A DNA stretch of 64,000 nt from Octopus vulgaris (Eukaryota). Numbering within the stretch: the stretch's first letter is position 1; every line of letters begins with the position of its first letter. Shown here in pieces: positions 1 to 12,764 of this stretch. Location: NCBI GenBank assembly GCA_951406725.2, contig OX597831.1, positions 62,001 to 126,000 of the forward strand, read 5' to 3'. The position numbers were made by a program, and so were the translations under genes. The notes beneath the pieces are model-generated. The model ran no database searches. It saw only the letters and a list, made by a program, of their open reading frames with translations, and was not told the origin of the DNA.

Positions 1-580
1 AATAGAATCTATAATTAGAATCTATACATAGAATCTATAAATAGAATCTATTAATAGAATCTATAAATAGAATCTATAAATAGAATCTATAAATAATATC
101 TATAAATAGAATCTAAAATTAGAATCTATACATAGAAGCTATAAATAAATAAAAAATAAAAAATAAATAAATAAATAGAATCTAAAAATAGAATCTATAA
201 ATAGAATCTATAAATAGAATCTATAAATAGAATCTATAAATAGAATCTATTAATAGAATCTATAAATAGAATCTATAAATAGAATCTATAAATAGAATCT
301 ATTAATAGAATCTATAAATAGAATCTATAAATAGTATCTATAAATAGAATCTAAAAATAGAATCTATAAATAAAATAAATAAATAAATAAATAAATAGAA
401 TCTATAATTAGAATCTATAAATAGAATCTATAAATAGAATCTATTAATAGAATCTATAAATAGAATCTATAAATAGTATCTATAAATAGAATCTAAAAAT
501 AGAATCTATAAATATAATCTATAAATAAATAAAAAATTTTAAAAAAATAAATAAATAGAATCTATAAATAGAATCTATAA

Positions 581-1340
581 ATAGAACAAATAAACTAAAA
601 ATAGAACAAATAAACTAAAAATAGGACAAATAATCTAAAAATAGGACAAATAATCTAAAATAGAACAGCAACTAAAAATAGGACCAAAAAAATAGAACGT
701 GTAAAGTAAAAATCGAACAAATAAACTAAAAATAGAACAAATAAACTAAAAATAGAACAGCAACTAAAAATAGGACAAACAAACTAAAATTAGAACAGCA
801 ACTAAAAATAGGACAAATAAACTAAAAATAGAACAAGTAAACTTAAAATAGAGAAAATGAACTAAAAATAGGACAAATAAACTAAAAATAGAACAAATAA
901 ACTAAAAATAGAACAGCAACTAAAAATAGGACAAATAAACTAAAAATAGTACAAATAAACTAAAAATAGAACAGAAAAACTAAAAAAAATAACAAATAAA
1001 CTAAAAATAGAACAGCAACTAAAATAGGACAAATAAAGTAAAAATAGAGCAAATAAACTAAAAATAGAACAGCAACTAAAAATAGGACAAATAAACTAAA
1101 AATTGAACAAGTAAACTAAAAATAGATAAAATAAACTAAAGCTAGGACAAATAAACTAAAAATAGAACAAATAAACTAAAAATAGAACAGCAACTAAAAA
1201 TAGTACAAATAAACTAAAAATAGAACAAATAAACTAAAAATAGAACAGCAACTAAAATAGGACAAATAAACTAAAAATAGAACAAATAAACTAAAAATAG
1301 AACAAATGAACTTAAAATAGAACAGCAACTAAAAATAGTT
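581..1340 (+). repeat. 18/20-bp satellite AAATAAACTAAAAATAG(A/G)AC / AGCAACTAAAAATAG(A/G)AC
   Basis: Tandem units read directly; largely conserved core CTAAAAATAG. Confidence 0.95.
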
Positions 1341-1744
1341 ATATTCTATATGCATAAATAGAATCTATACATAGAATCTATACATAGAATCTATACATAG
1401 ACTCTATAAATAGAATCTATAATTAGTAGCAATAAAATAGAAGCTATAAATAGAAGCTATATATAGAAGCTATAAATAAATTAATAAATAAATAGTATCT
1501 ATAAATAGAATCTAAAAATAGAATCTATAAATAGAATCTATAAATAAAATCTATAAATAGAATCTATAAATAGAATCTATAAATAGTATCTATAAATAGA
1601 ATCAATAAATAGAATCTACAAATAGAATCTATAAATAAATAAATAAATATATAAATAAATAAATAAATAAATTGAATCTATAAATAGAATCTACAGATAG
1701 AATCTATAAATAGAATATATAAAAAAATCTATAAATAGAATGTA

Positions 1745-1775
<31 letters not shown>

Positions 1776-2040
1776 AGAGAATCTATAAATAGAATCTATA
1801 AATAGAATCTATAATTAGTAGCTACTAAATAGGAGCAATAAATAGAAGCTATAAATAGAAGCTATAAATAGAAGCTATAAATAGAAGCTATAAATAAATA
1901 AAAAAATAAATAAATAATATCTATAAATAGAATCTATAAATAGAATCTATAAATAGAATCTATTAATAGAATCTATAAATAGAATCTATAAGTAGAATCT
2001 ATAAATAGTATCTATAAATAGAAACTATAAATAGTATCTA

Positions 2041-2071
<31 letters not shown>

Positions 2072-2523
2072 ATAGAATCTATAAATAGAATCTATAAATA
2101 AATAAATAAATAAATAAATAAATAGAATCTATAAATAGAATCTTTAAATAGAATCTATAAATAGAATCTATAAATAGAATCTATAAGTAGAATCTATAAA
2201 TAGAATCTATAATTAGTAGCTATTAAATACAAGCTATAAATAGAAGCTATAATTAGAAGCTATAAATAGAAGCTATAAATAAATTAATAAATAAATAAAT
2301 ATTATCTATAAATAGAATCTAAAATAGAATCTATAAATAGAATCTATAAATAGAATCTATAAATAGAATCTATAAATAGAATCTATAAATAGAATCTATA
2401 AATAGAATCTATAATTAGAATCTATAAATAGTATCTATAAATAGAATCTAAAAATAGAATCTATAAATAGAATCTAAAATAAATAAATAAATAAATAAAT
2501 AAATAGAATCTATAAATAGAATC

Positions 2524-2554
<31 letters not shown>

Positions 2555-3553
2555 AGAATCTATAAATAGAATCTTTAAATAGAATCTATAAATAGAATCT
2601 ATAAATAGAATCTATAAATAGAATCTATATTTAGTAGCTTTTAAATAGAAGTTATAAATAGAAGCTATTATTAGAATCTATAAATAGAAGCTATAAATAA
2701 ATAAATAAATAAATAAATATTATCTATAAATAGAATCTAAAATAGAATCTATAAATAGAATCTATAAATAGAATCTCTAAATAGAATCTATAAATAAAAT
2801 CTATAAATAGAATCTATAAATAGAATCTATAAATATAATCTATAAATATAATCTATAAATAGAATCTATAAATAGAATCTATAAATATAATCTATAAATA
2901 GTATCTATAAATAGAATCTACAAATAGAATCTATAAATAAATAAATAAATAAATAAATATATAAATAAAAGAATCTATAAATAGAATCTATAAATAGAAT
3001 CTATAAGTAGAATCTATAAATAGAATCTATAAATAAAATAAATAAATAAATAAATAAATAGAATCTATAATTAGAATCTATAAATAGAATCTATTAATAG
3101 AATCTATAAATAGAATCTATAAATAGAATCTATAAATAGAATATATAATCTAAAATAGAATCTATAAATAGAATCTATAAATAGAAATAAATAAATAAAT
3201 AAATAAAAAAAATAGAATCTATAAATAGAATCTATAAAATAGAAGCTATAAATAGAAGCTATAATAGAAGCTATAAATAGAATCTATAAATAAATAAATA
3301 AATAAATAAATATTATATAAATAGAATCTATAAATAGAATCTATAAATAGAATCATAAATAGAATCTATAAATAGAATCTATAAATAGAATCTATAAATA
3401 GAATCTAATAAATAGAATCTATAAATAGAATCTAAAATAAATAAATAAATAAATAAATAAATAGAATCTATAGAATCTAGAATCTATAAATAGAATAAAT
3501 AAATAAATAAATAAATAGAATCTATAAATAGAATCTATAAATAGAATCTACTA

Positions 3554-3584
<31 letters not shown>

Positions 3585-6120
3585 ATAGAATCTATAAATA
3601 GAATCTATAAATAAATAAATAAATAAATAAATAAATAGAATCTATAAATAGAATCTTTAAATAGAATCTATAAATAGAATCTATAAATAGAATCTATAAA
3701 TAGAATCTATAAATAGAATCTATAATATAGTAGCTATTAGAATCTATACATAGAATCTATAAATAGAAGCTATAATTAGAATCTATAAATAGAAGCTATA
3801 AATAAATTAATAAATAAATAAATATTATCTATAAATAGAATCTAAAATAGAATCTATAAATAGAATCTATAAATAGAATCTATAAATAGAATCTATAAAT
3901 AGAATCTATAAATAGAATCTATAAATAGAATCTATAATTAGAATCTATAAATAGTATCTATAAATAGAATCTATAAATAGAATCTATAAATAGAATCTAT
4001 AAATAAATAAATAAATAAATAAATAGAATCTATAAATAGAATCTATAAATAAATAAATAAATAAATAAATAAATAGAATCTATAAATAGAATCTTTAAAT
4101 AGAATCTATAAATAGAATCTATAAATAGAATCTATAAATAGAATCTATATTTAGTAGCTTTTAAATAGAAGTTATAAATAGAAGCTATTATTAGAATCTA
4201 TAAATAGAAGCTATAAATAAATAAATAAATAAATAAATATTATCTATAAATAGAATCTAAAATAGAATCTATAAATAGAATCTATAAATAGAATCTATAA
4301 ATAGAATCTATAAATAGAATCTATAAATAAAATCTATAAATAGAATCTATAAATATAATCTATAAATATAATCTATAAATAGAATCTATAAATAGAATCT
4401 ATAAATATAATCTATAAATAGTATCTATAAATAGAATCTACAAATAGAATCTATAAATAAATAAATAAATAAATAAATATATAAATAAAAAGAATCTATA
4501 AATAGAATCTATAAATAGAATCTATAATAGAATCTATAAATAGAATCTATAAATAAAATAAATAAATAAATAAATAAATAGAATCTATAATTAGAATCTA
4601 TAAATAGAATCTATTAATAGAATCTATAAATAGAATCTATAAATAGAATCTATAAATAGAATCTAAAATTAGAATCTATAAATAGAATCTATAAATAAAT
4701 AAAAAATAAAAAAAAAAATAAATAAAATCTAAAAATAGAATCAATAAATAGAATCTATAAAATAGAAGCTATAAATAGAAGCTATAATTAGAAGCTATAA
4801 ATAGAAGCTATAAATAAATAAATAAATAAATAAATATTATCTATAAATAGAATCTATAAATAGAATCTATAAATAGAATCTATAAATAGAATCTATAAAT
4901 AGTATCTATAAATATAATCTATAAATAGAATCTATAAATAGAATCAATAAATAAATAAATAAATAAATAAATAGAATCTATAAATAGAATCTATAAATAA
5001 ATAAATAAATAAATATATAGAATCTATAAATAGAATCTTTAAATAGTATCTATAAATAGAATCTATAAATAGAATCTATAAATAGAATCTATATTTAGTA
5101 GCTTTTAAATAGAAGCTATAAATAGAAGCTATAATTAGAAGCTATAAATAGAAGCTATAAATAAATAAATAAATATTATCTATAAATAGAATCTAAAATA
5201 GAATCTATAAATAGAATCTATAAATAGAATCTATAAGTAGAATCTATAAATAAAATCTATAAATAGAATCTAAAAATAGAATCTATAAATATAATCTATA
5301 AATATAATCTATAAATAGAATCTATAAATAGAATCTATAAATATAATCTATAAATAGTATCTATAAATAGAATCTACAAATAGAATCTATAAATAAATAA
5401 ATAAATAAATAAATATATAAATAAAAAGAATCTATAAATAGAATCTATAAATAGAATCTATAAATAGAATCTATAAATAAAATAAATAAATAAATAAATA
5501 AATAGAATCTATAATTAGAATCTATAAATAGAATCTATAAATAAATAAATAAATAAATATTATCTATAAATAGAATCTAAAATAGAATCTATAAATAGAA
5601 TCTATAAATAGAATCTATAAATAGAATCTATAAATAAAATCTATAAATAGAATCTATAAATAGAATCTATAAATATAATCTATAAATATAATCTATAAAT
5701 AGAATCTATAAATAGAATCTATAAATAGAATCTATATTTAGTAGCTTTTAAATAGAAGCTATAAATAGAAGCTATAATTAGAAGCTATAAATAGAAGCTA
5801 TAAATAAATAAATAAATAAATATTATCTATAAATAGAATCTATAAATATAATCTATAAATATAATCTATAAATAGAATCTATAAATAGAATCTATAAATA
5901 AACTAAATTTATTTATTTTTTTTTATTTTTATTTATTTATAGATTCTATATTTAGTAGCTTTTAAATAGAAGCTATAAATAGAAGCTATAATTAGAAGCT
6001 ATAAATAGAAGCTATAAATAAATAAATAAATAAATATTATCTATAAATAGAATCTAAAATAGAATCTATAAATAGAATCTATAAATAGAATCTATAAATA
6101 GAATCTATAAATAAAATCTA

Positions 6121-6343
6121 TTTTTTTTTTTTTTTTTTTCAGTCATTCGACCGCGGCCATGCTGGAGCACCGCCTTTAGAGTGGTGAAAGAGTACAGCAG
6201 GGATCACCACCATCCCCTGCCGGACCCTCGTGGAGCTTTTAGGTGTTTTCGCTCAATAAACACACACAACGCCCGGTCTGGGAATCGAAACCGCGATCCT
6301 CCGACCGCAAGTCCGCTGCCCTAACCACTGGGCCATTGCGCCT
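6121..6343 (-). mobile_element. tRNA-derived SINE with poly(A) tail inserted in the satellite
   Basis: Minus strand begins AGGCGCAATGGCCCAGTGGTTAGG (A box) ... GGTTTCGATTCC (B box) and ends TGACTG(A)19; TCTA(T) duplicated at 6117-6120 and 6344-6347; empty site in the sister repeat copy near 7205. Confidence 0.93.
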
Positions 6344-7713
6344 TCTATAAATAGAATCTATAAATAGAATCTATAAATATAATCTATAAATATAATCTAT
6401 AAATAGAATCTATAAATAGAATCTATAAATATAATCTATAAATAGTATCTATAAATAGAATCTACAAATAGAATCTATAAATAAATAAATAAATAAATAA
6501 ATATATAAATAAAAAGAATCTATAAATAGAATCTATAAATAGAATCTATAAATAGAATCTATAAATAAAATAAATAAATAAATAAATAAATAGAATCTAT
6601 AATTAGAATCTATAAATAGAATCTATAAATAAATAAATAAATAAATATTATCTATAAATAGAATCTAAAATAGAATCTATAAATAGAATCTATAAATAAA
6701 ATCTATAAATAGAATCTATAAATAAAATATATAAATAGAATCTATAAATAGAATCTATAAATATAATCTATAAATATAATCTATAAATAGAATCTATAAA
6801 TAGAATCTATAAATAGAATCTATATTTAGTAGCTTTTAAATAGAAGCTATAAATAGAAGCTATAATTAGAAGCTATAAATAGAAGCTATAAATAAATAAA
6901 TAAATAAATATTATCTATAAATAGAATCTATAAATATAATCTATAAATATAATCTATAAATAGAATCTATAAATAGAATCTATAAATAAACTAAATTTAT
7001 TTATTTTTTTTTTATTTTTATTTATTTATAGATTCTATATTTAGTAGCTTTTAAATAGAAGCTATAAATAGAAGCTATAATTAGAAGCTATAAATAGAAG
7101 CTATAAATAAATAAATAAATAAATATTATCTATAAATAGAATCTAAAATAGAATCTATAAATAGAATCTATAAATAGAATATATAAATAGAATCTATAAA
7201 TAAAATCTATAAATAGAATCTATAAATAGAATCTATAAATATAATCTATAAATATAATCTATAAATAGAATCTATAAATAGAATCTATAAATATAATCTA
7301 TAAATAGTATCTATAAATAGAATCTACAAATAGAATCTATAAATAAATAAATAAATAAATAAATATATAAATAAAAAGAATCTATAAATAGAATCTATAA
7401 ATAGAATCTATAAATAGAATCTATAAATAAAATAAATAAATAAATAAATAAATAGAATCTATAATTAGAATCTATAAATAGAATCTATAAATAAATAAAT
7501 AAATAAATATTATCTATAAATAGAATCTAAAATAGAATCTATAAATAGAATCTATAAATAGAATCTATAAATAGAATCTATAAATAAAATCTATAAATAG
7601 AATCTATAAATAGAATCTATAAATATAATCTATAAATATAATCTATAAATAGAATCTATAAATAGAATCTATAAATAGAATCTATATTTATAGATTCTAT
7701 TTATAGATTCTAT

Positions 7714-7744
<31 letters not shown>

Positions 7745-8102
7745 TTTTAGATTCTATTTATAGATTCTATTTTTAGATTCTATTTATAGATACTATTTAT
7801 AGATTCTATTTATAGATTCTATTTATAGATTCTATTTATAGATTCTATTTATAGATTCTATTTATAGATTCTATTTATAGATTCTATTTATAGATTCTAT
7901 TTTAGATTCTATTTATACATAATATTTATTTATTTATTTATTTATTTATAGCTTCTATTTATAGCTTCTAATTATAGCTTCTATTTATAGCTTCTATTTA
8001 ATAGCTACTAATTATAGATTCTATTTATAGATTCTACTTATAGATTCTATTTATAGATTCTATTTATAGATTCTATTTAAAGATTCTATTTATAGATTCT
8101 AT

Positions 8103-8137
<35 letters not shown>

Positions 8138-8901
8138 TAGATTCAATTTATAGATTCTATTTATTTATTTATTTATTTATTTATTTATAGATACTATTTA
8201 TAGTTTCTATTTATAGATACTATTTATAGATTCTATTTATAGATTCTATTTATAGATTCTATTAATAGATTCTATTTATAGATTCTATTTATAGATTCTA
8301 TTTATAGATATTATTTATTTATTTTTTTATTTATTTATAGCTTCTATTTATAGCTTCTATTTATAGCTTCTATTTATAGCTTCTATTTATTGCTCCTATT
8401 TAGTAGCTACTAATTATAGATTCTATTTATAGATTCTATTTATAGATTCTATTTATAGATTCTCTTTATTTATTTATTTTTTTATTTATTTATTCATACA
8501 TTCTATTTATAGATTTTTTTTATATATTCTATTTATAGATTCTATCTGTAGATTCTATTTATAGATTCAATTTATTTATTTATTTATTTATATATTTATT
8601 TATTTATTTATAGATTCTATTTGTAGATTCTATTTATTGATTCTATTTATAGATACTATTTATAGATTCTATTTATAGATTCTATTTATAGATTTTATTT
8701 ATAGATTCTATTTATAGATTCTATTTTTAGATTCTATTTATAGATACTATTTATTTATTAATTTATTTATAGCTTCTATATATAGCTTCTATTTATAGCT
8801 TCTATTTTATTGCTACTAATTATAGATTCTATTTATAGAGTCTATGTATAGATTCTATGTATAGATTCTATGTATAGATTCTATTTATGCATATAGAATA
8901 T

Positions 8902-9932
8902 AACTATTTTTAGTTGCTGTTCTATTTTTAGTTTATTTGTCCTATTTTTAGTTGCTGTTCTATTTTAAGTTCATTTGTTCTATTTTTAGTTTATTTGTTC
9001 TATTTTTAGTTTATTTGTCCTATTTTAGTTGCTGTTCTATTTTTAGTTTTTTTGTTCTATTTTTAGTTTATTTGTACTATTTTTAGTTGCTGTTCTATTT
9101 TTAGTTTATTTGTTTTATTTTTAGTTTATTTGTCCTAGCTTTAGTTTATTTTATCTATTTTTAGTTTACTTGTTCAATTTTTAGTTTATTTGTCCTATTT
9201 TTAGTTGCTGTTCTATTTTTAGTTTATTTGCTCTATTTTTAGTTTATTTGTCCTATTTTAGTTGCTGTTCTATTTTTAGTTTATTTGTTCTATTTTTAGT
9301 TTATTTGTACTATTTTTAGTTGCTGTTCTATTTTTAGTTTATTTGTTTTATTTTTAGTTTATTTGTCCTAGCTTTAGTTTATTTTATCTATTTTTAGTTT
9401 ACTTGTTCAATTTTTAGTTTATTTGTCCTATTTTTAGTTGCTGTTCTATTTTTAGTTTATTTGCTCTATTTTTACTTTATTTGTCCTATTTTAGTTGCTG
9501 TTCTATTTTTAGTTTATTTGTTATTTTTTTAGTTTATCTGTTCTATTTTTAGTTTATTTGTCCTATTTTTAGTTTATTTGTCCTATTTTTAGTTGCTGTT
9601 CTATTTTTAGTTTATTTGTTCTATTTTTAGTTTATTTGTCCTATTTTTAGTTCATTTTCTCTATTTTAAGTTTACTTGTTCTATTTTTAGTTTATTTGTC
9701 CTATTTTTAGTTGCTGTTCTAATTTTAGTTTGTTTGTCCTATTTTTAGTTGCTGTTCTATTTTTAGTTTATTTGTTCTATTTTTAGTTTATTTGTTCGAT
9801 TTTTACTTTACACGTTCTATTTTTTTTGGTCCTATTTTTAGTTGCTGTTCTATTTTAGATTATTTGTCCTATTTTTAGATTATTTGTCCTATTTTTAGTT
9901 TATTTGTTCTATTTTTAGTTTATTTGTTCTAT
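8902..9932 (-). repeat. 18/20-bp satellite block (reverse complement of 581-1340 with an extra internal duplication)
   Basis: Shares rare variants such as ACACGTTCTATTTTTTTTGGTCC, the reverse complement of about 681-703. Confidence 0.93.
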
Positions 9933-12157
9933 TTATAGATTCTATTTATAGATTCTATTTATTTATTTATTTTTTATTTATTTATAGATTATATTTATAG
10001 ATTCTATTTTTAGATTCTATTTATAGATACTATTTATAGATTCTATTTATAGATTCTATTAATAGATTCTATTTATAGATTCTATTTATACATTCTAATT
10101 ATAGATTCTATTTATTTATTTATTTATTTTATTTATAGATTCTATTTTTAGATTCTATTTATAGATACTATTTATAGATTCTATTTATAGATTCTATTAA
10201 TAGATTCTATTTTTAGATTCTATTTATAGATTCTATTTATAGATTCTATTAATAGATTCTATTTATAGATTCTATTTATAGATTCTATTTATAGATTCTA
10301 TTTTTAGATTCTATTTATTTATTTTTTTATTTTTTATTTATTTATAGCTTCTATTTATAGATTCTAATTTTAGATTCTATTTATAGATATTATTTATAGA
10401 TTCTATTTATAGATTCTATTTATAGATTCTATTAATAGATTCTATTTATAGATTCTATTTATAGATTCTAATTATAGATTCTATTTATTTATTTATTTAT
10501 TTATTTTATTTATAGATTCTATTTATAGATTCTATTTATAGATTCTATTTATAGATTCTATTTATAGATTCTTTTTATTTATATATTTATTTATTTATTT
10601 ATTTATTTATAGATTCTATTTGTAGATTCTATTTATAGATACTATTTATAGATTATATTTATAGATTCTATTTATAGATTCTATTTATAGATTATATTTA
10701 TAGATTATATTTATAGATTCTATTTATAGATTCTATTTATAGATTCTATTTATAGATTCTATTTATAGATTCTATTTATAGATTCTATTTATAGATTCTA
10801 TTTTAGATTCAATTTATAGATAATATTTATTTATTTATAGCTTCTATTTATAGCTTCTAATTATAGCTTCTATTTATAGCTTCTATTTAAAAGCTACTAA
10901 ATATAGATTCTATTTATAGATTCTATTTATAGATTCTATTTATAGATTCTATTTAAAGATTCTATTTATAGATTCTATTTATTTATTTATTTATTTATTT
11001 ATTTATAGATTCTATTTATGGATTCTATTTATTTATTTATTTATTTATTTATTTTAGATTCTATTTATAGATTCTATTTTTAGATTCTATTTATAGATAC
11101 TATTTATAGATTCTATTTATAGATTCTATTTATAGATTCTATTTATAGATTCTATTTATAGATTCTATTTTAGATTCTATTTATAGATAATATTTATTTA
11201 TTTATTTATTTATTTATAGCTTCTATTTATAGCTTCTAATTATAGCTTCTATTTATAGCTTCTATTTAATAGCTACTAATTATAGATTCTATTTATAGAT
11301 TCTACTTATAGATTCTATTTATAGATTCTATTTATAGATTCTATTTAAAGATTCTATTTATAGATTATATTTATTTATTTATTTATTTTTTTATTTATTT
11401 ATTTATAGATTCTATTTATAGATTCTATTTATTTATTTATTTATTTATTTATTTATAGATTCTATTTATAGTTTCTATTTATAGATACTATTTATAGATT
11501 CTATTTATAGATTCTATTTATAGATTCTATTAATAGATTCTATTTATAGATTCTATTTATAGATTCTATTTATAGATATTATTTATTTATTTTTTATTAT
11601 TTATATTCTATTTATAGCTTCTATTTATAGCTTCTATTTATAGCTCCTAGTTAGTAGCTACTAATTATAGATTCTATTTATAGGTTCTATTTATAGATTC
11701 TATTTATAGATTCTATTTATAGATTCTCTTTATTTATTTATTTATTTATTTATACATTCTATTTATAGATTTTATTTATATATTCTATTTATAGATTCTA
11801 TCTGTAGATTCTATATATAGATTCAATTTATTTATTTATTTATTTATATATTTATTTTTTTATTTATAGATTCTATTTGTAGATTCTATTTATTGATTCT
11901 ATTTATAGATACTATTTATAGATTCTATTTATAGATTCTATTTATAGATTTTATTTATAGATTCTATTTATAGATTCTATTTTTAGATTCTATTTATAGA
12001 TACTATTTATTTATTAATTTATTTATAGCTTCTATATATAGCTTCTATTTATAACTTCTATTTTATTGCTACTAATTATAGATTCTATTTATAGAGTCTA
12101 TGTATAGATTCTATGTATAGATTCTATGTATAGATTCTATTTATGCATATAGAATAT

Positions 12158-12733
12158 AACTATTTTTAGTTGCTGTTCTATTTTTAGTTTATTTGTCCTA
12201 TTTTTAGTTGCTGTTCTATTTTAAGTTCATTTATTCTATTTTTAGTTTATTTGTTCTATTTTTAGTTTATTTCTCCTATTTTAGTTGCTGTTCTATTTTT
12301 AGTTTATTTGCTCTATTTTTACTTTATTTGTCCTATTTTAGTTGCTGTTCTATTTTTAGTTTATTTGTTCTATTTTTAGTTTATCTGTTCTTTTTTTAGT
12401 TTATTTGTCCTATTTTTAGTTTATTTGTTCTATTTTTAGTTTATTTGTTCTATTTTTAGTTTATTTGTCCTATTTTTAGTTGCTGTTCTATTTTTAGGTT
12501 TTTTTACCTTTTTTAGTTTATTTGTTCAATTTTTAGTTTAATTGTTCTATTTTTAGTTTATTTGTCCTATTTTAAGTTGCTGTTCTATTTCTAGTTTATT
12601 TGTCCTATTTTTAGATTATTTTTCCTATTTTTAGTGTATTTGTTCTATTTTTAGTTTATTTGTTCTATTTATTTATTTTATTCATAGATTCTATTTATAG
12701 ATACTATTTATAGATTCTATTTAAAGATACTTT

Positions 12734-12764
<31 letters not shown>

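Larger units (their letters stand above)
1..7686 (+). repeat. 13-bp satellite (CTATAAATAGAAT)n interspersed with (TAAA)n tracts, forward orientation
   Basis: Tandem AATAGAATCTATA read directly; variants GAAGCT, GTATCT, ATAATCT; recurring (TAAA)n runs; contains a 20-bp block (581-1340) and a SINE (6121-6343). Confidence 0.97.
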
